A stretch of 64,000 nt of DNA from the NCBI GenBank assembly GCA_963666285.1, contig OY762711.1; one strand, given 5' to 3'. The DNA is from Sedimentisphaerales bacterium (GTDB lineage Bacteria > Planctomycetota > Phycisphaerae > Sedimentisphaerales > SM23-30). Below the pieces are notes generated by a model, which searched no databases, was not told the DNA's origin, and saw only the letters and a program-made list of their open reading frames with translations. Of this stretch, positions 31,297 through 40,521 are shown piece by piece (the first letter of the stretch is position 1; every line of letters starts with the position of its first letter). A program made the translations under genes and the position numbers.

Positions 31297-31465
31297 CTAA
31301 TAAACAGAGATCAATACAGCTAATAAAAGAATCATAAAACATTCGTTTTATATTTGAAAAGTTGGTCCTGAATCACCGATCTCTTATCACAAATAACCTG
31401 TTAAATATAAATTGAATTTCGAATACTCCAAAGATAAATATTATGCTTATCGGCAATATAAAATA

Positions 31466-31501
31466 AACAGAACTCCTGGCGAATATGCCGGGAGTTCTGT
31501 T
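31466..31501 (-). terminator. Intrinsic terminator of the 31579..34491 gene
   Basis: AACAGAACTCCTGGC-gaatat-GCCGGGAGTTCTGTT with a T-rich tail on the minus strand. Confidence 0.75.
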
Positions 31502-31578
31502 ATTTTCAAATACTACCGGAATGTTATAAACTCAGGTTTTACAAATTCCGTGATTTTATTACATTTATTACAACTTCA

Positions 31579-34491
31579 TCATGGACATTCAGTCTGAGGA
31601 ACCCAGTTACATTCCATCCAGGATGATGCCATAACAGAGAAGTCCTGAAGGTCTACCTTACCATCACCGGTAATATCGTATTCCAGACTTACTACCGTTT
31701 CACCATCAAACTTGGCCTGAACCCAGTATTCACTCATAGCCTGATCCCAGACAGTATAGTCATCAACCCAGCCTTTGAGTGGTGTTTGAGTGGACTGATC
31801 CGCCCATACAATCCAACCTTCAGAGTTGATCTTGAATGCAGTTTCTTCAGTATCAACCAAAGTTAATCCGGTCTTTGTAGCAACAACTTCACCATCAACA
31901 AAGACTTTACCAACCTTCTTATCTGCATCATAAGTTGCAGTCAGCATTCTCCATTGACCATCTCCATACAGATTAGTTCCAGGCCAGAAGCCATCACCAC
32001 TAAGTTCAAATTCTAAGCCATTATCCCAACTGGCGAAATGACGATCAGGATTACCATCGGTACCTTCATCCCATTCACAATCGCCAAAGCCGCCCAGGCT
32101 GACCATACCAGGAATACCATCAAATTTGAACCAGCAATTAATAGTCCAGTCAGATGTACCAAAGAAGATATTGCCTGCACCATTAGCAAAGTTATTAGGA
32201 TCATTAGCAATACAAGTTACGCTCATGTTAGCAGAGCCATCCATATACAATGCCCCATCTCCGGCCTCACCGGTAACACCGGCATCAGCCTGCCATTGGC
32301 CTGTTGTAAAACCGCTGCCAAGGACACCTACATTACCGTTTCCACTTGCGTCTGCAACTGTTGTACCACTGGTCTCATCAAATTGCCAGCTGACAACATT
32401 GCCACTTTGGACACCAGAACCATCTTCTGTCCATTCAGGGAGCATCATAGCTAAATCAGCAGCGTCTACCTTACAGTCATCGTTGAGGTCACCAGGTACT
32501 GCTTCAACGCAAAAACTACTTCCAGTTAATGTGGCGTATTCATTAGCCACTTCCATTGGTGTCAGTGGATAACTGTAAATCTTAAGTTCATCGATTAGGC
32601 CTGAATAACCCCAGCCGCTAGTACCTGTCATATTATACGAACCGATAGTAACCGCATTGGTACTTGGTAACGGAACACCTGTCTTTGGAGTACCAACTGC
32701 AACACCATCAACATAAAGCTGAACGGTCTTAGCTGCTGAATCATATGACATCGCCAGCATGTGCCATTGATCATCATCATATCTGTCCAGCCCATCAGTC
32801 ATAGAACCGATCGGGTACATATTTGCTTCAAAACTCTTGTTTGCATAAAAAGCGGTATCATACATATTCCAACCCGTACTTCCCGTGCGTTTAGCTACAT
32901 AAGTCATATAACCGCCTAGACCTGTATAATCATTAGGTTTAACCCAGAATGTTGAAGTAAACCCTGCGGTGAAGAAGTTGAAATATTCTTCTGAGCCGGA
33001 AATCACAAGCTGGTCACCACTATCTCGAACAAAGCGAACTGATTCACCCTGAATACCAGGTTCATAAGTATTGGAAACATCTTCGTTGCCATTTACCGCA
33101 TTCCAACCGGCCACTGCATCATTAGGATCACCATCAAAAGGCAAATATACTTCAAGTTTGCCTTCTTTCAGTTCCACAACATCTGTTGCTGTTGTTGCTG
33201 TACCCGGTATGCTGTTTTGAAGTGTACAATAGTAATAGGTGAAGTCTTCAGCCTGTGCACCAGTAATTTCCAGTGTATTTGATTCGCCGCTTTGTAGAAG
33301 CATATCATCTTCTGGTGTATCAGTAGCTGCATCAGCTGAACTATACCAGCTATAAGTATCGGTCAATGCAGTTTCTACTGTAAAGAACGTAGAACCTCCC
33401 AGCGGAGCTGCCACTGACCAAGGCTGTGTAAGGACAATTGGATCCCCCTCGGTATCAAAATACCAATAATTGCCGCTCCAAAGAATTGGGACACCATTAT
33501 TAGGATCATGCACATCTACACGCCATACATACTGAGTATTATATTCAAATTCTTCAGAAGGGACGTAGTTAGTATCAGTAGTATTTTCCAAAACAGGTAC
33601 AAGATCCCAGTTAGGATCGTCTTTTGCACCCAAATATAAATCGTATCCAGTTGGAGTAATCCCAGTTGGAGATTCCCAACTCAAATCAGCCGTTATAGGA
33701 ACAGCAATAACTTTACTATCAGGCTGAGGATTAATCGCAGCCTTATCAACTGGAGTGTTAGATACAATCTGAAAACCACTGATACCTGAATTACCGGCAC
33801 ATTTGAATTCTATCAGTAAAGTTGGATCTGTTACATTTTCAAATACAGCCAGGGTAGCCTGAGGGTATGTGCCTGGAACTGTATTATCAGCTATAACCCA
33901 AGGCCCTTCACTACGACTAAATAAATCAGTAGTATGGTTGCCCACAGAAGCATAATAGAATGTCTGGTCTCCAATAGATATCTCTGAATTACGATTACTG
34001 GCATCAATTACCAACATAACATATACGTTATAGTTGGAATAAGGCACATCTTCTACTTCAACTAATTTGCGTTTTGAGCCTCCGCCACTGTGCCCAATAC
34101 AACTATTAAAGATACGGGCAATATTCCTCTCTAAATCAGTAATTGTACCATATCCGCTGTCAACATTTATAGCCCAGGAATATGTAAAATTACGATCGAC
34201 AGTCATGGTGGCTGTTGTAGTATTACCAGAGTTATCATTCAAAACAAGAACATCAGTATTACTCATCTTAAATGGCTCATTCCATCCGAGAACAGGAATA
34301 TAACCGGAAATCGGTTCATAAGTATCTACATCATGAAGGGTTTTAAATATAGAGTCGTGATAACCCCAGCCACCACCGTCTACATCGCCTAGATGTCTAA
34401 AATTGACACTAATAGCCTGCACATCTGTCTGAGCAAACAACTGCCCTGCCATCATAAAAGATAAAACTAAACTCAGCAATAATTTCTTCAT
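31579..34491 (-). CDS. Secreted modular protein: unknown head, FN3-like, Ig-like, two LamG, two dockerin-like repeats
   Basis: Signal peptide; YVWRVDV...W.F.T; YYYC; two LamG domains (GLIDELKIY, GWVDDYTVW); GDLNDDCKVDAADL...W and DITGDGKVDLQDF...W. Confidence 0.8.
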   Translation of the reverse strand: MKKLLLSLVLSFMMAGQLFAQTDVQAISVNFRHLGDVDGGGWGYHDSIFKTLHDVDTYEPISGYIPVLGWNEPFKMSNTDVLVLNDNSGNTTTATMTVDRNFTYSWAINVDSGYGTITDLERNIARIFNSCIGHSGGGSKRKLVEVEDVPYSNYNVYVMLVIDASNRNSEISIGDQTFYYASVGNHTTDLFSRSEGPWVIADNTVPGTYPQATLAVFENVTDPTLLIEFKCAGNSGISGFQIVSNTPVDKAAINPQPDSKVIAVPITADLSWESPTGITPTGYDLYLGAKDDPNWDLVPVLENTTDTNYVPSEEFEYNTQYVWRVDVHDPNNGVPILWSGNYWYFDTEGDPIVLTQPWSVAAPLGGSTFFTVETALTDTYSWYSSADAATDTPEDDMLLQSGESNTLEITGAQAEDFTYYYCTLQNSIPGTATTATDVVELKEGKLEVYLPFDGDPNDAVAGWNAVNGNEDVSNTYEPGIQGESVRFVRDSGDQLVISGSEEYFNFFTAGFTSTFWVKPNDYTGLGGYMTYVAKRTGSTGWNMYDTAFYANKSFEANMYPIGSMTDGLDRYDDDQWHMLAMSYDSAAKTVQLYVDGVAVGTPKTGVPLPSTNAVTIGSYNMTGTSGWGYSGLIDELKIYSYPLTPMEVANEYATLTGSSFCVEAVPGDLNDDCKVDAADLAMMLPEWTEDGSGVQSGNVVSWQFDETSGTTVADASGNGNVGVLGSGFTTGQWQADAGVTGEAGDGALYMDGSANMSVTCIANDPNNFANGAGNIFFGTSDWTINCWFKFDGIPGMVSLGGFGDCEWDEGTDGNPDRHFASWDNGLEFELSGDGFWPGTNLYGDGQWRMLTATYDADKKVGKVFVDGEVVATKTGLTLVDTEETAFKINSEGWIVWADQSTQTPLKGWVDDYTVWDQAMSEYWVQAKFDGETVVSLEYDITGDGKVDLQDFSVMASSWMECNWVPQTECP

Positions 34492-34830
34492 TTTGCTACC
34501 TCCAAAAGAATTAATATTATATTTGACACAATTGAGAATTACTGTTATTCACTATTTTAACCTAAATATTGCGATTCATTATAAAACAAAAAAAACACAT
34601 AAAAGTAATATTTCAGCTATTTTAACACTAAATATTCTTACTAAATATTCACGTTAAGCGCAATGTCATCACAAAGCCAAAACTTAGGTCAGGCTTAGAA
34701 TTTAGCACTTATGTCTTATAATACCCCTCAATTTATTTAGCTTATTTATTCAAGATAAAGCTGTTATTAAAATATATTAGAATTTATATTTTGAACGTAA
34801 TTTATTATATGATACGAATCACTAACTTCA

Positions 34831-34867
34831 CAATAGACATATGTAACAAGATGATGGATATATGTAA
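34831..34867 (-). promoter_or_regulatory. Conserved tandem operator, copy 3
   Basis: Minus strand TTACATATATCCATCATCTTGTTACATATGTCTATTG, upstream of the 34491 gene. Confidence 0.75.
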
Positions 34868-35327
34868 TGAATGCAATAAGTTACTTATGACAGCCTCCCG
34901 GTTTAACATCATTGAAAAAACGGTTTAATTTGGTACAACCTCAATTCTCTTGCCATAAAGCACTTGCTCTTAACCGCTTAGACTATTTACATCAGAATAT
35001 TCAAAAGATATATAATCACGCCGGAACAAGATAAAATGCCATAAGCAATTTGCGCATACTAATACCCACTACTGCAAAATTGCGTTTTTGTTATTATCAA
35101 AAAATGTAAATATGTAATTTATATTTATGTAATTTATTACAAAATTGTTTGATCAGACAATTACACCAAACAGAAAGCCCTAACAAGAATTTAACATAAC
35201 GATATAGCCCTACATTAAAATTCATTTTATCTATATCTATTATTTACACATACAAACATATATTATGAATTTCCACGCGGAACTTTTCCACCCCTGAAGA
35301 GTATATTCTTCCTTAATCTAAAATGCC

Positions 35328-37715
35328 TTATTCCCTCCAGAGCCATTCGGTTGTAAATCTCTCTAAATCGTCCGGTTGAACCGTTCCATCCCGGTCCAGA
35401 TCGCTCTGCAACAAAACTTTATCCCACAACCACTGCTGGGAAAAAATATACCAATCCAACAAATCCACACTTCCATCCCCGGTAAAATCACATGTATTCC
35501 CCACTTCCGATAGCGACATACTAGCCTCCGCAGATCCGCCATAAGCTCCCATATTCACCCGCTTCCCATGCGGCCATAACTCGCCTGTCCAATCAGTATT
35601 CGGATCGCCCGCATCAATACATGGGCTCGTCGTTGTATCCTTATTCCAGTATTTGTTGACAGGATCCCACCTTCCGCCTTGAGATTTCAAATACAAATCC
35701 CCTAAATTGTTATCAACGAAGTACGGATCAACATCAATATTCCCTTGACCGTCCGGCCAGCCGTCTTCTATATTGCTATAGCTGACTATTGTAATTGACT
35801 CGTTATGATTCTGAATTTCATCGCCGCCATTCCAGAGTATACAGTTGCGAACGGTCAGGCTGCTGTTATCATTACATATTCCATCACTACTGTATCCGGT
35901 AGAGTTTCGACTGAAGGTACAGTTAATCAGAGTCGGCTTTGATATCAATTCTCCTCCCAGGGACCAATTATACATTCCACCGCCCATGTTACTGGCAGAA
36001 TTGGCGAAAAAGATGCAGCCAGTTATGGTCGGACTGCTGTTCAGGTTAAACATCCCACCACCATCTCTGTTATAGGTAAAGTTGTTGAAGAAAGTACAGC
36101 CGGTTATCTTTGGGCTGCTGCTAACATTATATACCCCTCCGCCAGAATATTTTGTAAAATTCCAGTAAAAGGTGCAATTGGTAACCGTAGGATGGCTTTT
36201 ATAGTTATACATTCCGCCGCCTTCATTTTCAGACCAGTTATTTTCAATTATACAGTTGGACACTGTCGGTGAAGAAGATTTGTTATACAGCCCCCCTCCA
36301 TAAGATGCGCTCCCATCTTTAATCAGAAATCCGCTGATGACGGTATTGGAATCTTCTCTGCTGCTGCAGGTAATGACACTGCCGGCTTTCTGGCCGTTTA
36401 TAATTGTATGATCAACAATATTCGGATCGGTCGGATCGGTGCTGCGCAGAGTAATCGATTTGCCTTTCATATTTAGGTTTTCATAATATATGCCCGGCAT
36501 GACAATAATCGTATCCCCTTCTTTAGCTATATCTATGGCGATCTGAATTTGGCTGAAAGGCATCGTTCCACCATCATCCACATAAAGCGTATCGTATAGG
36601 TAGATAAAGTTAGCAATTACCGTTTTGTCGGTATCCATGATAATGGTTTCAGGATTGTCACTGCCAGTGAGGTCGCCACTCCAGTAGGAAAAGGCAAAAT
36701 CATCATCGGCAATAGTGGTCAGGGTTAATTCTTCACCCGGATAGTAATACGATTTATCTGGATCGACAATTACTCTACCGGCGGTAATATTTGTCTGCAC
36801 ATCCAGTGTATATAATTTAATATAGTTCGCTGTGATATTTTTATCCGTATCCATCGTAATGTTTGCCGGATTGTCACTACTGTCAAGATCGCCACTCCAG
36901 TGATCGAACATATACCCTTCCGGGATCGTTGCAGTCAGGGTAACTTCAGAATCAGGCGGGTACGATCCGCCAACCGGATCAAGTTCTACACTAGCGCCGA
37001 TAACGGTCGGTTCTACCCCAACGGTCAGTTCATAATAATCTGTATTATAGACATTCACAACTTCCTGTTCGGTAAGCGCACTGTTATAGATACGTATAGT
37101 GTCCATCTGACCATCAAAAAAGTCTGTCGCTGTCGGACCACTATCCCAATCCATTCCAACTACCCAGGCTTTTCCTTCCGGATTTGTCATTACACTATCG
37201 AGCACCTGGCTCCACAGTTGTACTCCATTACGATAAACTGTTACCTGCGATTGAGTTCCATTCAGCTTTTCCACCACCGCTGCCAGATGCTGCCAACCAG
37301 CTTGAAAAGTACCCCCTGTATTTGTCTGAGAGCCAATTCGCACATGATAGCCACTATTGTAAAAACCAAAAAGGAAAATATTACCCCCTGTTGAGGTATG
37401 TTTACCGATAAAGTTCTGATTCGTATTGGTATCAGCCGGATTGATCCATAGACAAACGGTAAACGTATCGCCAACTGAAAAATCCGCCGTTTCCATATAG
37501 CCCTCACCCCCCAACTGGAGCACACCACCTCGACCGATCTCTGCCGTCACGGCGGCACTTCCGATCAGCATACCATGGTACCCATTCGGCCCGGAATCAT
37601 ACACTACAGCACCACTGGTTTCATCAAAGCCCCAATGAGCCACCAGATCGGCCCAGGCTGCTTCATTAACAATAAATAGCACAAAAACACACAGAATTGT
37701 TCTTATCATCTTCAT
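35328..37715 (-). CDS. Secreted protein: LamG, two InlB B-repeat/Flg_new-like repeats, right-handed beta-helix, paired dockerin-like repeats
   Basis: LVAHWGFDE LamG; two WSGDL..SDNP..I.MDTDK...AN repeats; IQIAID...PGIYYEN and GGGMYN/SPTITGC beta-helix coils; SPCIDAGDP; DFTGDGSVD and DLDRDGTVQ. Confidence 0.82.
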   Translation of the reverse strand: MKMIRTILCVFVLFIVNEAAWADLVAHWGFDETSGAVVYDSGPNGYHGMLIGSAAVTAEIGRGGVLQLGGEGYMETADFSVGDTFTVCLWINPADTNTNQNFIGKHTSTGGNIFLFGFYNSGYHVRIGSQTNTGGTFQAGWQHLAAVVEKLNGTQSQVTVYRNGVQLWSQVLDSVMTNPEGKAWVVGMDWDSGPTATDFFDGQMDTIRIYNSALTEQEVVNVYNTDYYELTVGVEPTVIGASVELDPVGGSYPPDSEVTLTATIPEGYMFDHWSGDLDSSDNPANITMDTDKNITANYIKLYTLDVQTNITAGRVIVDPDKSYYYPGEELTLTTIADDDFAFSYWSGDLTGSDNPETIIMDTDKTVIANFIYLYDTLYVDDGGTMPFSQIQIAIDIAKEGDTIIVMPGIYYENLNMKGKSITLRSTDPTDPNIVDHTIINGQKAGSVITCSSREDSNTVISGFLIKDGSASYGGGLYNKSSSPTVSNCIIENNWSENEGGGMYNYKSHPTVTNCTFYWNFTKYSGGGVYNVSSSPKITGCTFFNNFTYNRDGGGMFNLNSSPTITGCIFFANSASNMGGGMYNWSLGGELISKPTLINCTFSRNSTGYSSDGICNDNSSLTVRNCILWNGGDEIQNHNESITIVSYSNIEDGWPDGQGNIDVDPYFVDNNLGDLYLKSQGGRWDPVNKYWNKDTTTSPCIDAGDPNTDWTGELWPHGKRVNMGAYGGSAEASMSLSEVGNTCDFTGDGSVDLLDWYIFSQQWLWDKVLLQSDLDRDGTVQPDDLERFTTEWLWRE

Positions 37716-38118
37716 TTATAACCCCTATTCATATATATAATCACTGAGGAATCATAAATCACTTCACTTTATTATTCATTTTTCCCTCAGTGAAGCTCGT
37801 TCTTTCTCTTCATTTTTAAATTTCATCCTCCTGGTGCCTCAATTTTGATATAAACAAAAAATCAAATGATATAAACACTCTCTTATTATTGTCTGAACGT
37901 AAGTACGGCAAAGAATTTTAAATCAGATAAACGCCTAATATTATAATAACATAACAATATATGAAATCCAGTTCAAAGTTTTCATGGGAAATATATGAAA
38001 TGCCATATTGCTAGATACAGAGCAATATCTGATAATACCGCCCATTCCCCCTATCCTGTGTCCACTCAAATTCCCCTTCTACCCCAAGCGTTACACACTT
38101 ATGCAAACAGCCGTTTTA

Positions 38119-38222
38119 TAGGGAATAATTAAAATAGATGAAGCTTTGTAACTCATTTATCTGCTAGGCATTATGAAATATGCCATTTAGGATCGAACCT
38201 AAAACCCAAGGATTAAAATCCA
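38119..38222 (-). repeat. Degenerate att-like repeat containing the 3' half of a tRNA-Lys (copy 1)
   Basis: Minus strand GGATTTTAATCC-TTGGGT-TTTAGG-TTCGAT-CCTAA-ATGGCAT; aligns by eye over ~100 bp with 50910-51015. Confidence 0.65.
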
Positions 38223-39913
38223 CCAACTTTTTTGACTATGACGCAGATTAATAGAAGTGAAAAAAACGATAATACTATACCTATCAATTTCGATAAAAAT
38301 ATTATACTTCCAATACCAAAACATAAACAAAAAACACTAATAATTCCTAGTACACACAAAACAAAAGTAGAATAAGAAGAATCTGCGATAGGAATATTAT
38401 ATTTCATATAAATATCACTCCAGCCAAACAAAGGCGGCCTGACTCTTTCAACAAATTTAGAAAGAACATCGCAATTCACAGGCTTAGTCAAAAATGTTAC
38501 AGAGACCCATATAATCGTAGATACACCGACAATAATGAATAACTTATACGAATACGGCATGTCCGGATACTTTATCTCCAAAGTAATTGCAACTAAGCCA
38601 GAAGCAATCAATGATGATATTTCTGACCAGGCATTAATACGCCACCAGAACCATCTCAGTATCCATGTAAGCCCTGCACCACTTGTGAATGTCAGGATAA
38701 AAATCCACGCCTTAGCAATAGACTTCATATTCATAGAAACTGCCACACATATAAGAAGAAGTAATAATATCATGACTCTGGACACCCAAACATAATGTCT
38801 GTCTGAACCGTTTCTGTTAATAAAACGGCGATAAACATCATTAACCAGATATGAAGCTCCAAGGTTCAGGTGCGTATCAACTGTTGACATAAATGCTGCT
38901 ATCAAACTGGCTAAAACAATCCCATACACTCCCGCAGGCAAGAGCTGCGTCAGCATATTAACATATCCAATTTCCGGATCTTCAATATTGGGATATATAA
39001 TAACGGCACACAAACCTGTAATAATCCAGGGCCATATCTGTACGGCATATGACAGTATGGAATACAATAAAGTTGCATACATAGCATGCTTCTCATTCTT
39101 TGTTGAAAGAATACGCTGAATATACTTTCCTCCACCATCAGAATACTTCTGGGCCCACCATACAAATAATATACATGTCAAAAAAGTAACAATTGATTCC
39201 GTCGAGCTGTTGCCAAAGTCAGGAAAAAAATCAATATAATGACTAACATCATCATTTGAAGAAAAAAACGCAACAAAGGAATCAATACCACCAACATATT
39301 TTACAGAATAATAAGCTAATAAAATTGCCCCAGATAAAGCTATAAAATACTGTATCAGGCTTGTGTTGATTACTCCAAAAAAACCTGAAGAGCCTACATA
39401 AATCATTACAACAAAAACAGATACAACTAAGACGTAATTAGGATTTACACCAGTCATCGTTCCGAATATTTTAATTAAAGCTAAAAATACCCATCCAAGA
39501 ACAAAAACATTTAAAATAACACCAAAATATAAACCTTTAAACAAACGAAGGAAAGAAGCTGACTTACCACTATATCGTAATTCGGTAATTTCTGCATCTG
39601 TCAAAACAGATGATCTTCGCCATAATTGTGCAAAAAAAAATGTTGCAATAATTCCAGATATCGCACTGGACCAATACAACCAGACTCCACAAATTCCTTG
39701 TTGATAGATAAAATTTGTTATAGCCAGCGGTGTATCTATTGAAAAGTTAGCTGCAGCCATAGAAATCCCGGCAATAGGCCAGGAAATTGTTCTATTTTTC
39801 AAGAAAAAGCTATCAACATTCACACCGGCTTTTCGTGTTCGCCAAACACCTACAAAAAACACTACCAACATGTAAATTGCTATTATTGAAATGTCCAGAG
39901 CAGTAATTTTCAT
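38213..39913 (-). CDS. Sodium:solute symporter (SSS) family transporter
   Basis: Many TM helices; SMAAANFSIDTPL; YIQRILSTKNEKHA; IAAFMSTVDTHLN; LRWFWWRINAWSEI. Confidence 0.9.
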   Translation of the reverse strand: MKITALDISIIAIYMLVVFFVGVWRTRKAGVNVDSFFLKNRTISWPIAGISMAAANFSIDTPLAITNFIYQQGICGVWLYWSSAISGIIATFFFAQLWRRSSVLTDAEITELRYSGKSASFLRLFKGLYFGVILNVFVLGWVFLALIKIFGTMTGVNPNYVLVVSVFVVMIYVGSSGFFGVINTSLIQYFIALSGAILLAYYSVKYVGGIDSFVAFFSSNDDVSHYIDFFPDFGNSSTESIVTFLTCILFVWWAQKYSDGGGKYIQRILSTKNEKHAMYATLLYSILSYAVQIWPWIITGLCAVIIYPNIEDPEIGYVNMLTQLLPAGVYGIVLASLIAAFMSTVDTHLNLGASYLVNDVYRRFINRNGSDRHYVWVSRVMILLLLLICVAVSMNMKSIAKAWIFILTFTSGAGLTWILRWFWWRINAWSEISSLIASGLVAITLEIKYPDMPYSYKLFIIVGVSTIIWVSVTFLTKPVNCDVLSKFVERVRPPLFGWSDIYMKYNIPIADSSYSTFVLCVLGIISVFCLCFGIGSIIFLSKLIGIVLSFFSLLLICVIVKKVGGF

Positions 39914-40521
39914 TTATATATGGCCAAAAAAACATTATTAATATACGCTGCACACTGCATATATTATACAATACGTACTTTTAACAGTTCTACATTATAA
40001 GCAATACAGGGTCTCAGCAGGAACAATGTTATAAATTTTAATTACTTAAGAACTTTATTGTGCGGTATCCTTCTCATCATATACTTGACGCACTTTTGAC
40101 TGTTCAACATTACACACAAAGGCCGGAACAAGGCCAATTAGTGAAAAACGAATAGTGAAAAGTGAAAAATTAAGGTGTTCTACTATCGTCTCACACTTTG
40201 CTTAAAACATAAGTGTTGCAGGAAGGCCTTTTTAGGCGATTTTTGCAACATAATAACTGTGAAAGTAAAAGTAAACTTTATTGTAAGTCTATTTAATCCA
40301 TTATGCAATAGAAAGCCTCTTCGCTGTGATCATTGCAGCTATAACAATCCTTCAAAAAGTTGATTTTGATGCAAAAACTAGATATTAAATTTTGCTGGCA
40401 AGGTATTTAAAATCGCGACTATTCGACAATACCCATGTTTATGTTAAACACAGCCAAACCGGCTAAGAGATGTTCGCGGTAAACAATGCTTTTTAAGAGA
40501 AAGTCAAAACAATTTGCTACG

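Noticed and set aside
37741..37792. TCACTGAGG...CCTCAGTGA inverted repeat as a riboswitch
   Set aside because: A 9-bp stem with an AT-rich loop and no known aptamer consensus; it could be a simple 5' UTR hairpin.
40214..40250. TGTTGCA...TGCAACA inverted repeat as an IS/MITE end
   Set aside because: Only 7-bp arms, single copy and no clear target duplication.
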